From NCBI GenBank assembly GCA_044346445.1, contig JBIIZD010000002.1, forward strand, positions 549 through 64,548: 64,000 bases of DNA, given 5' to 3'. How positions within the stretch are numbered: the stretch's first letter is position 1; each line of letters begins with the position of its first letter. This document shows, in pieces, positions 9,592 through 17,084 of this stretch. The notes beneath the pieces are model-generated. The model was not told the DNA's origin. It saw only the letters and a program-made list of their open reading frames with translations, and searched no databases. The position numbers and the translations under genes are program-made. The DNA is from Caulobacteraceae bacterium (GTDB taxonomy: Bacteria; Pseudomonadota; Alphaproteobacteria; Caulobacterales; Caulobacteraceae).

Positions 9592-9731
9592 TGGCTTACA
9601 GGCACTCCTACGCGATCATCGAACCATTCGACTGTAATCGGTCAAACGGCAATAAGGGTCATCGGGAAGCAACGACTACTGGCATCGCTTCATATGTCGC
9701 GAAGCGCGACAACAAATCTGCCTGTAAGCCA
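9592..9731 (-). ncRNA. candidate retron msr-msd non-coding RNA (a1/a2-flanked)
   Basis: A perfect 13-bp inverted repeat, tggcttacaggca (9592-9604) / tgcctgtaagcca (9719-9731), encloses 114 nt and ends 22 nt upstream of the RT start on the same strand. A G (9718) follows a1 directly. Two hairpins in the 5' half (9696-9710 and 9666-9691) pair fully only in the minus-strand RNA, through G-U pairs. Confidence 0.65.
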
Positions 9732-9737
9732 CACCAC

Positions 9738-9766
9738 TCACTACGAAACCAAAAGTTATTTTACAA
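9738..9766 (-). promoter_or_regulatory. candidate promoter for the retron transcript
   Basis: On the minus strand: TTGTAA (9766-9761), a 17-nt spacer, then TAGTGA (9743-9738). This would place the TSS at about 9731, the first base of a1. The -10 is weak. An alternative -10, TAAAAT, sits at 9763-9758. Hexamer matching only. Confidence 0.3.
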
Positions 9767-9802
9767 GCTTTAGTTTAAGAGAGAAATGCGGGGGGCGGGA
9801 AC

Positions 9803-9835
9803 AGCTGCGACCATTGACATGACCCCCTGAAACTC
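9803..9835. repeat. right inverted repeat of the retron cassette (IS-end-like TGACATGACCCCC)
   Basis: See 7691-7723. Read on the + strand, TGACATGACCCCCTGAAAC looks like the outer end of an IS3-family element. Confidence 0.6.
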
Positions 9836-9873
9836 ATCCTAAATGCTCTTCAGTCCGCTCCAAGGGGCCGCCC

Positions 9874-11502
9874 CTACAGCTTCTCGCGCTTTAACTTGAT
9901 GCCGGCGGCTTCGCGGTCCCAGGTGTCGGGGGTGATGGCGTCCTTGCGCAGCTTGGCCTTGATGACCTTGGCGGTGGGGGTCTTGGGCAGTTCGTCGAGT
10001 ATGCGGATATAGCGCGGGACCATGAAATAGGGCAGGCGGCCTTCTAGAAAGCTGATCAGCTCAGCCTTGTCGATACTGCGGCCTGGCACCGGCGCGATCA
10101 CGGCCATGACCTCGTCTTCGGAATAGGCGCTTGGCACGCCGATCACGGCGGCTTCGCGCACATCGGGATGGGCGACAATATCGTTCTCGACCTCAAAGGA
10201 TGAGATGTTTTCGCCGCGGCGGCGGATGGCGTCTTTTACCCGGTCGACAAAGTAATAATAGCCGTCCTCGTCGCGCTTAAAGGCGTCGCCGGTGTGGAAC
10301 CAGCCATTGCGCCAGGCCTTGGCCGTGGCCTCTGGATTATTGTGATAGCCGCTATTCATGGCAAAGGGCCGGTCGGTGCGCACCAGCATTTCGCCAACCG
10401 CGCCGATGGCAACCTCGCAGTCATTTTCATCGACCAGCCGCACATCCACGCCGCGCCGCACCGTGCCGCAAGTGCCCGGTTTGACCGGATTGGGATCAGA
10501 CACAATCGGAGACGAGATCTCGGTCATGTTGAAAATCGTATAAATATCAATGCCAAACCGGTCATGGAACGGGCCAGACACCTCGGTCAGGGGCACCATG
10601 AGGGCTGTGCGCACCTTGTGGGCGCGGTCGGCGTCGCTGGGCGGGTTCTTGATCAGGAAGGTGGCCATGACGCCCAGAAGGAAGATCGAGGTGCACTCGG
10701 TCTTGCGCACAAAATCCCAGAAGGTATCGGTCGAGAAATTCTCCATCAGGGCAATTGATCCGCCCCTTGCCAGCATCACAAAGGGCAGGCCCAGCCCGCC
10801 AATATGGAAGATGGGCATATTGACCAAGAACCGGTCTTCGCCGGTGATAAACGGCCAGCTATCGGGGCCTGCATTGGTATAGAGGTGCAGATAGGACGAC
10901 AAGACGCCCTTGGATGGTCCGGTCGTGCCCGAGGTATAGATCACCGACTGGGTGTCCCAAGGCTCGATAGGCCGGGCCAGCGGCGCAAGCTCGTCCTCGG
11001 TGCCAGTCAGGCTTTCAAACGCGCTGGCGCTAAACCGCGCCGGGGCCTGGCCATCGCCCAGCACCACCACATGACGCACGGCGGCGGCATCAGCATCCTC
11101 CAGACGCTCCAATAGGCCCGCATGCGCAATCAGCAGGCGGGCATCGGAATTTTTGAGCACATGCTCCAGGATCGCGCCGCGATAGGCCGTGTTAAACGGC
11201 ACAAACACCGCGCCCAGATAATTGATCGCATAAAAGGTCAATAAGGCCTGGTGGCAATTGGGCAGCCATACCGCGACATGATCGCCCTGTTTGACGCCAA
11301 GCTTTTGCAGGCCAACGGCCACGGCAATGGTTTGGGTTCTAAGCTGGCTATAGGTCCAGTGACTGCCATCCTCGAACACGGCATAGACCTGATCGCCGCG
11401 CTCCTGGTCCATCCTGTCCATCAGGTCGCGCAGCACGCAGACCGCGCGGTTAGGCACGCGATGGTCGCCATGCTTGGCATTGGAGAGGGTAGTGGATGTC
11501 AT
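9874..11502 (-). CDS. AMP-dependent acyl-CoA synthetase/ligase
   Basis: 542 aa. AMP-binding motifs IYTSGTTGPSKGV, GWFHTGD and the C-terminal PKTPTAKVIK. Confidence 0.9.
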   Translation of the reverse strand: MTSTTLSNAKHGDHRVPNRAVCVLRDLMDRMDQERGDQVYAVFEDGSHWTYSQLRTQTIAVAVGLQKLGVKQGDHVAVWLPNCHQALLTFYAINYLGAVFVPFNTAYRGAILEHVLKNSDARLLIAHAGLLERLEDADAAAVRHVVVLGDGQAPARFSASAFESLTGTEDELAPLARPIEPWDTQSVIYTSGTTGPSKGVLSSYLHLYTNAGPDSWPFITGEDRFLVNMPIFHIGGLGLPFVMLARGGSIALMENFSTDTFWDFVRKTECTSIFLLGVMATFLIKNPPSDADRAHKVRTALMVPLTEVSGPFHDRFGIDIYTIFNMTEISSPIVSDPNPVKPGTCGTVRRGVDVRLVDENDCEVAIGAVGEMLVRTDRPFAMNSGYHNNPEATAKAWRNGWFHTGDAFKRDEDGYYYFVDRVKDAIRRRGENISSFEVENDIVAHPDVREAAVIGVPSAYSEDEVMAVIAPVPGRSIDKAELISFLEGRLPYFMVPRYIRILDELPKTPTAKVIKAKLRKDAITPDTWDREAAGIKLKREKL

Positions 11503-11617
11503 GGCTGCGCCCCATATTAGCAGTCGGGTAGAAAAATCTACTAGGCCAAGGGCAGCCTACTGTCTTAGCACTGGCGCGGCAATGGTGCGGGCGGATGCGC
11601 GTGCAGATTTGTCGGGT

Positions 11618-12298
11618 CTAGTTGCGTGCGCGCAGCGTAATCTTCATGACCATATGGATGGCATCCATCACCACCTCGGTCGCTGACCAGCGCCCGCCCT
11701 CGTGATACCAGTTGGCAATCCAGCTGAGCAGGCCGCTGATCCAGATCGCGGCGCGCGAGGCGTCTTCAAACTCAAACTCGCCCGCAGCCTTGCCCTTTTG
11801 CAAAAGGGTGCTGAGCTTTTGATCAAATTGGTGACGCAGCAGGCGGATACGCCGGGCCTCATCAGGCTCCAGGCTCATTTCTTCGCGCTGATAGACGCTG
11901 ATATAGCGCTGGTTTTCGATAATGATCCGCGCCACCCGCTCAACCACCATTTTCAACTGCTCGGTCGCCGTGCCGTCAACGGCCAAGGCATCTTCCAGCG
12001 CGCTGAGCGATAGCTGAATGCCGGTCTGGCAGATCTCGAACAATAGCTCGCTCTTATTGCGATAATAGGAATAGATGAAGGGCTTGGTGACCTGGAGTTG
12101 CTCGGCAACGGCGTCCAGGGTCGTGGCCTCATAGCCGTGTTTGAAGAACAGAAGGCTGGCTTCTTCGACAATGCGCCGACGCTTATAGGCGGCAATCTCG
12201 TTCTTGAGCGGTGCGGTCTGTCGCTTGGCCGCCTTGGCATCGATCATGGATTTAGGTTCCGCAAGAAAGGCGTGAGCCACCCGATTAGGTTGCCTCAC
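11618..12298 (-). CDS. TetR family transcriptional regulator
   Basis: N-terminal HTH (RRRIVEEASLLFFKHGYEATTLDAVAEQLQVTKPFIYSYYRNK). The start may instead be the internal Met at about 12247. Confidence 0.85.
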   Translation of the reverse strand: MRQPNRVAHAFLAEPKSMIDAKAAKRQTAPLKNEIAAYKRRRIVEEASLLFFKHGYEATTLDAVAEQLQVTKPFIYSYYRNKSELLFEICQTGIQLSLSALEDALAVDGTATEQLKMVVERVARIIIENQRYISVYQREEMSLEPDEARRIRLLRHQFDQKLSTLLQKGKAAGEFEFEDASRAAIWISGLLSWIANWYHEGGRWSATEVVMDAIHMVMKITLRARN

Positions 12299-12324
12299 GC
12301 CCTAGATCAAGCTGCATAGGCGGT

Positions 12325-13539
12325 TTAGCCGACCGCTGTTCGCAAAATTTCCATGACGTCCTCGGCCTTAGCGATCGGGCGAGGATTGGTGCGGCCCCAG
12401 AAATCTTCCAAGGTATATTCGGCGATCAGCGGGAATTGATCTTCTGAGACACCAACGGCCTTAAGACTGCGGGGCATGCCAAGGCCGCTGATCAACTTGT
12501 CTAAGAGGTCCGAGGCGGTGCGGCCAGTATCGCCCAGGCAGGCGCTGATGCGCACCTGACGATGGGCATTGACGGGCGCATTAAAGGCCTGAACAAACGG
12601 CGACATCACACAGGACGTATAGCCGTGCGGCACATCGCAAGTGCCGCCCAGGACGTGACCAATGGCATGGCTGGCCCCCATAGGCACGCCGCCCATGATC
12701 GGCAGCATGGACTGCCAGGCACCGATCTGGCACTTGAGCCTTGCATCCAGATCGCCAGGATTGGCCTTGACCTTGGGCAGGCCCTCGGCCAGCAGGCGCA
12801 GCGCGCTGTCGGCAATACCGTCGCAATAGTCATTGGATTGCAAAGACCCCAAGGTCTCGACCGCATGGTCCACCGAGCGCACGCCCGTCGATAGCCAAAG
12901 CCATTCGGGCGTATGGACCGTTATGGCAGGGTCCAGAATGACGGCAATCGGCACCATCATGCGCTGTTCAAAGCCTTGCTTAAGCTTGATGCGCTCGTCG
13001 GTCGCGCCGGACAGGGGGTTGAACTCACCGCCCGATAGTGTGGTCGGCACACAGATGGCGCGGATATCGGGGGCGTCAAAGACCGGTTGGATGACGCTGC
13101 CGTCTTCTTCGACATAGGTGCGAAAGCCGTCAAAGCCTTCGATGGTGGTGATATTGTGCTTCAGGCAGATCAGGATGATCTTGCCCGCATCCGTGACCGA
13201 GCCACCACCGACCGTGACCACCAGATCGGTCTTGACCGCACGGGCCCGCTCTGCGGCGGCCAGCACATCGCTGCGCGGCGCATTGGGGCGGATGCCGGTA
13301 TGGGTGGCGGCGTGGCGGCTGCCCAGAGCCTTTTCAATCTTGCGGATCTCGTCGGTTTGTTCGTTCAGCGTGCTTCCGGCCAGGATAAAGACGCGCTGAG
13401 CGTTCAGGCGTTCGGCCTCTGCTGCTATGGCTTCGGCGGCTGGCACACCCAGATGAACCCGCTCGGTGGCTGTTAAGACGACCTGTGATGCCGCAACCAT
13501 GATAGAACTTCCCTCTGAGCCTGACGGACGGCCCGCCAT
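12325..13539 (-). CDS. iron-containing alcohol dehydrogenase family (maleylacetate reductase-like)
   Basis: 404 aa. GGGS.TD nucleotide-binding motif (VTVGGGSVTDAGK) and His-rich metal site (SHAIGHVLGG..DVPHG). The start may be at about 13500. Confidence 0.8.
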   Translation of the reverse strand: MAGRPSGSEGSSIMVAASQVVLTATERVHLGVPAAEAIAAEAERLNAQRVFILAGSTLNEQTDEIRKIEKALGSRHAATHTGIRPNAPRSDVLAAAERARAVKTDLVVTVGGGSVTDAGKIILICLKHNITTIEGFDGFRTYVEEDGSVIQPVFDAPDIRAICVPTTLSGGEFNPLSGATDERIKLKQGFEQRMMVPIAVILDPAITVHTPEWLWLSTGVRSVDHAVETLGSLQSNDYCDGIADSALRLLAEGLPKVKANPGDLDARLKCQIGAWQSMLPIMGGVPMGASHAIGHVLGGTCDVPHGYTSCVMSPFVQAFNAPVNAHRQVRISACLGDTGRTASDLLDKLISGLGMPRSLKAVGVSEDQFPLIAEYTLEDFWGRTNPRPIAKAEDVMEILRTAVG

Positions 13540-13908
13540 TTTTTGATGTTACTGGACAGTAGCAAAAACCATGTCTCGGTCAATCGGCAGGCGGTATTGT
13601 TTATTTTTTCGGTGACGCCGGGGCCGGGCAGGACCGCGAGCGCGCCCGCAAATCTTAACAAGCTATGACCTAAGCCTTAGTCAAACCGCCCATTACGACC
13701 AGCAACCCACCAAATTGAGCGGTGAGTGACTTTGATCGGCAACCTAATTCTGACACATACCGGAGATTAAAGGGGTTCTTGATCAATGCAGCCCGCCTTG
13801 ATTACGAGTGCGGGTTCAGTTGATCGGCTCCGCGTGCCGTTTGGTGGTCATGTCGCAAAGATTTTCGCGGCGTCACAGGTTTTGACGTCGGTCGGTAGGG
13901 AGCCCAAA

Positions 13909-14511
13909 ATGAAGCCGTTAGAAAACGGGTCTAAGCCATCTACCCGCTATGGAAACCTCGTTCGACTTGTGGCTGGATTTGCGCTGGTCCTATTCTCATC
14001 TTCGTTTGGCACGATCGACAGCGTCCGGGCCAATGGGCTTGGCGAAAACTTTGACTGGCAGTTTCGCAGCACTGCGGACAAGGCGGCCATGGTCGCCATG
14101 CAGGACCTGATCCAAAAGCGCAAGGGCGGCTATTACGCAGCGCCGGTTTACAACACCAAGATCGACCGGCAGTATAATTGCAATGTCGCGGCCAGCGGTC
14201 AGGGCAATAATGGCTCCAACTCGACCGTGACCCATTCGCCCAATACCAATGGTTCGGTCGTGACCCCGACGGGCAATCAAAATGCGACCACGACGACCGG
14301 TACGCCAAGCTTTGGCGGCTCGTCCGGTGTGGCAACGGATCAGACCAATACCGGTGCCGTATCGGCGGCCCTGACCGGCTCGACCAGTACAGCCGTCAGC
14401 GGGCAGGCTTGGCAGGCCTTGAATTCCGACCAGTCCAATTCTGGCGCGGTCGTGTCGTCTGTGACCGGCTCGACGGCTTGCACATTTGGTGCCTACGGCG
14501 CTTTGAACTGA
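13909..14511 (+). CDS. secreted curlin/HfaA-like Gln/Asn/Thr/Ser/Gly repeat protein
   Basis: ATG at 13909 preceded by GGGAG 6 nt upstream; the longer ORF from 13786 lacks this. It has a signal/TM segment (LVRLVAGFALVLFSSSFG). The C-terminal half is made of degenerate Q/N-x-N/S-x-G..S..TGS repeats. It lies immediately upstream of a CsgG-like gene. Confidence 0.6.
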   Translation: MKPLENGSKPSTRYGNLVRLVAGFALVLFSSSFGTIDSVRANGLGENFDWQFRSTADKAAMVAMQDLIQKRKGGYYAAPVYNTKIDRQYNCNVAASGQGNNGSNSTVTHSPNTNGSVVTPTGNQNATTTTGTPSFGGSSGVATDQTNTGAVSAALTGSTSTAVSGQAWQALNSDQSNSGAVVSSVTGSTACTFGAYGALN

Positions 14512-14515
14512 TTAA

Positions 14516-15898
14516 GTGGTCATGACCCCGCGTGCGGTAACGCCTTTTTTGGGTCCAAAGCCCCTTCTTTCCAGCATCGCTGTGATGGCTGGGCTTGTGC
14601 TGGCGCTCGGCTTGACGGGCTGCGGCACGCTTGAGCAGCAGCTTATGAAAAAGGGTGAGATCCCGATCACGGTCGGGGCCCCGGTGCGCAATAATATCAC
14701 GCCCATGGACGGGCCATTGGTCTGTTTTGCCGACAAGCTTGCCGCCTCCAAGCGGCCCCGCGTGGTGATCGCGGTCGGTGACGTCAAGGATTATACCGGT
14801 AAATACAGTGTCGGCGAAGGCAATGCCGTCACCCAGGGCGGTGCCTTAATGGTCTATGGCGCTCTGGGTAAGCTTGACGGCACCGTCTCGATTGCCGAGC
14901 GCTTTGATCCTGTGATTGCCGAGCGCGAGCTAGGCTATATGGACCGTCGCCAGCTTGGCGATAACCAGTTGCATGACAATGGCCCGCCCAATGCCAGCCA
15001 GAAAGTGCCTTGGCTGCCCTATTATGGTGGCACGATCGTGCAGTCCAATTACTATATTGTCGGCGGCATTACCGAGCTGAACTACAATATCCGCTCCGGC
15101 GGTATAGACGTGTCCCTAGACCAGATCGGGCCCAAGCTCAGGACCTTTACCGAGAGCGTTGCGGTTGATCTGCGGATTGTCGATACACGCACCATGATGG
15201 TGGTGCGCACGGTGAGCCTGACCAAGCAGTTCACAGGCTATGAGGTGAATGCCAATATTTTCCGCTTCTTTGGCAGCGACCTGTTTGATGTGAATATCGG
15301 TGCCAAGGGCCAGGAGCCCTTGCAATTTGGTATCCGCACCGCGCTTGAAGAGGCGACCATGAAACTGGTTGGTGCGGTAACAGAGGTTAGTCCGGATAAT
15401 TGCATTGATCAGTTAACCTCCGGTCACGGCACGATCACCGCTCAGAAGGATCTGTTGCCACAACTCCGGCCCCGTGCGCTTTTGCCGGTCCCGCAGACGC
15501 AGCAGCGCTTCGCCGCGCCGATCAATGAAGCGCCCAGCGCCCAGTTCCAGCCCCCGTCCCCGGCCAAGTTCGCTGGAGCGGGTATGCCGGTTGCGTTTCA
15601 GTTTGGATCGGTGACCATAAATGGTGCCTCCATGTCAGTGCTGGACCAGATTGTCGAGGCGGCCAAGACCGGTTCCGTAGAAGTGGTTGTTCAGGCCCCC
15701 GATACAGAGGTTTGGGACCCACAAAAACGCGAAAGCTTGACGATTGATCGGGTCAGGGCGATTTCGTTTGGGCTTGTCTATAGAGGTATTGCGCCCGCCG
15801 CGGTTAATGTCATTTGGAAACCTGATCCATCCGATATGAATATTCACCGTGATTCACCTGGACTTCAAGTTGTTGCAAAGATTAAAATCGGTGGTTGA
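14516..15898 (+). CDS. CsgG/HfaB-like outer-membrane secretion lipoprotein with C-terminal OmpA-C-like extension
   Basis: Lipobox LGLTGC. Its core resembles CsgG as I recall it (not aligned): VIAVGDVKDYTG, TQGGALMVYGAL, IVGGITELNYNIRSGG, VAVDLRIVDTRT, YEVNANIFRFF. An extra ~130 aa tail shows an OmpA-C-like pattern (VAFQFGS..L..I...VVVQAPDT....L..DRVRAI...L..RGI). GTG start at 14516, or ATG at 14522. Confidence 0.8.
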   Translation: MVMTPRAVTPFLGPKPLLSSIAVMAGLVLALGLTGCGTLEQQLMKKGEIPITVGAPVRNNITPMDGPLVCFADKLAASKRPRVVIAVGDVKDYTGKYSVGEGNAVTQGGALMVYGALGKLDGTVSIAERFDPVIAERELGYMDRRQLGDNQLHDNGPPNASQKVPWLPYYGGTIVQSNYYIVGGITELNYNIRSGGIDVSLDQIGPKLRTFTESVAVDLRIVDTRTMMVVRTVSLTKQFTGYEVNANIFRFFGSDLFDVNIGAKGQEPLQFGIRTALEEATMKLVGAVTEVSPDNCIDQLTSGHGTITAQKDLLPQLRPRALLPVPQTQQRFAAPINEAPSAQFQPPSPAKFAGAGMPVAFQFGSVTINGASMSVLDQIVEAAKTGSVEVVVQAPDTEVWDPQKRESLTIDRVRAISFGLVYRGIAPAAVNVIWKPDPSDMNIHRDSPGLQVVAKIKIGG

Positions 15899-15917
15899 TC
15901 GTCCTTATATCAATAAA

Positions 15918-15935
15918 ATTTCCGCAAAATTGCAT
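15918..15935. promoter_or_regulatory. AT-rich box AATTTCCGCAAAATTGCA (copy 1 of 2)
   Basis: Near-identical to 16809-16827 (AATTTCCGTAAAATTTGCA). It lies 116-133 bp upstream of the ATG at 16051. Confidence 0.35.
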
Positions 15936-16050
15936 TAGATGTGGATTCAGATAATTTTTTACTTAAAATTGACACAAAGAATGCCGATAAACTGTTAATT
16001 CAATTTTGATTGCAGTTAGAAACCTGACCATCTGTTGTAAGGATAATCTT

Positions 16051-16680
16051 ATGCGTAGCGCGTCTTCCGCCAAGTCGTTGATCTCCAAGGTGCTTTTGGG
16101 TGCCGTGGTCTGTGTGCCTCTGGTTTTTGGGGCCTTGCCAGCCCTGGCTTCGGATGCCGCAGGCAAGTTTACCGTGCGCGGCGTGGGGTCTAATCCTTGC
16201 TCTGCGGTTCAGGCCTCGCTCAAGAGCAATGATAAGATCGCCGGGTCGCTCTATCTATCTTGGCTAATGGGTTATGCCAGCGCCTATAACCGCCATGTTC
16301 CCCAGACCTTCGACATTTTGCCAACCTCGGCGGGCGGCGATCTTTTGGGCATTGTCATGGCCGTTTGCCGAGTGTCCCCGAATGCATCCCTGGAGACCGC
16401 GACCGCGCAATCTCTGTCGGCTGTGGCGGCCATGCGTCTGACTCGTGAAACCCCAATCGTCAAGGTCACAGCCGATGGCAAGACCGTCGAAATTCGGCAA
16501 GAAGCCCTGACCAATCTGCAACAGAACCTGTCCGAAAAGGGCCTCTATCGGGGCCCGGTTAATGGCGTGAGCTCTCCGGCACTGGTAGCCGCGATCAAGG
16601 CCATCCAGACCCGAGAAAAACTGGAAGTGACCGGTCTTCCCGATATTGACACCATGATCCGCGCCATCCTCAAAAAATAA
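16051..16680 (+). CDS. exported protein with C-terminal peptidoglycan-binding (PG_binding_1-like) domain
   Basis: ATG at 16051 with AAGGA 8 nt upstream. Signal peptide ..VFGALPALASDA. The C-terminus LQQNLSEKGLYRGPVNGVSSPALVAAIKAIQTREKLEVTGLPDIDTM matches the PG-binding repeat pattern. Confidence 0.7.
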   Translation: MRSASSAKSLISKVLLGAVVCVPLVFGALPALASDAAGKFTVRGVGSNPCSAVQASLKSNDKIAGSLYLSWLMGYASAYNRHVPQTFDILPTSAGGDLLGIVMAVCRVSPNASLETATAQSLSAVAAMRLTRETPIVKVTADGKTVEIRQEALTNLQQNLSEKGLYRGPVNGVSSPALVAAIKAIQTREKLEVTGLPDIDTMIRAILKK

Positions 16681-16700
16681 GCCAAAAGTCGCTATAGATC

Positions 16701-16732
16701 AAAGGGCTCGCACGGTTGCGGGCCCTTTTTTT
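16701..16732 (+). terminator. rho-independent terminator
   Basis: aaagggctcgca-cggt-tgcgggcccttttttt: a 9-12 bp GC-rich stem with one G-U pair, a 4-nt loop and a T7 tract, 21 nt after the stop at 16680. Confidence 0.8.
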
Positions 16733-16808
16733 GATGCCTGTGCAAGTCTATGCTTAATGTTGCGTTTTAATTACCATAAACAAGATTTGATTCAGTATTT
16801 CAGAGCGC

Positions 16809-16827
16809 AATTTCCGTAAAATTTGCA
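16809..16827. promoter_or_regulatory. AT-rich box AATTTCCGTAAAATTTGCA (copy 2 of 2)
   Basis: See 15918-15935. It lies about 260 bp upstream of the ATG of the 1,827-aa gene. Confidence 0.35.
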
Positions 16828-17084
16828 AAGCAAAATATAAATTTCAAAATCTTCGTCCCAGAGGTCTATTCTACTGTTTATACGAGGCCTGAAAGCTGCC
16901 GGTTATAGTTAATTTATCAGTAAAGCGCCCATTACAGGGAGCGTGTCCCCATTTTGGGCGGCTAGATGTTTTCCAATTATGGCATTGTGTGTGCCTATAG
17001 ACCCCATAGATCACAGCCAGCCTGGCCGGGATCGTAATCCGGCTTGTCGGCAATAACGGCAGCATTTCTAAGGGGTAAGTTTAT

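Larger units (their letters stand above)
7440..9873. mobile_element. AT-rich retron-bearing island with IS remnants between mutT and an acyl-CoA ligase gene
   Basis: GC drops abruptly: hand counts of single 60-nt lines inside gave 27% and 48%, against one hand-counted flanking line at 53% and a by-eye impression of roughly 55-65% for the flanks. The island holds a transposase remnant at the left edge, inverted repeats at 7691-7723 and 9803-9835, and an RT gene plus ncRNA inside. Confidence 0.55.

Noticed and set aside
9481-9822. The + strand ORFs 9481-9822 (113 aa) and 9591-9773 (60 aa) as retron accessory proteins
   Set aside because: They lie antisense to the RT start and the ncRNA, lack a ribosome-binding site, and have low-complexity, stop-avoiding composition. 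The region is better explained as msr/msd plus promoter.
13550-13561. TACTG..CAGTA as a LexA (SOS) box
   Set aside because: The spacing (2 nt) is wrong for the E. coli-type CTGT-N8-ACAG box. Alphaproteobacterial LexA sites are, as I recall, direct GTTC-N7-GTTC repeats. A local TetR operator is the more economical reading.
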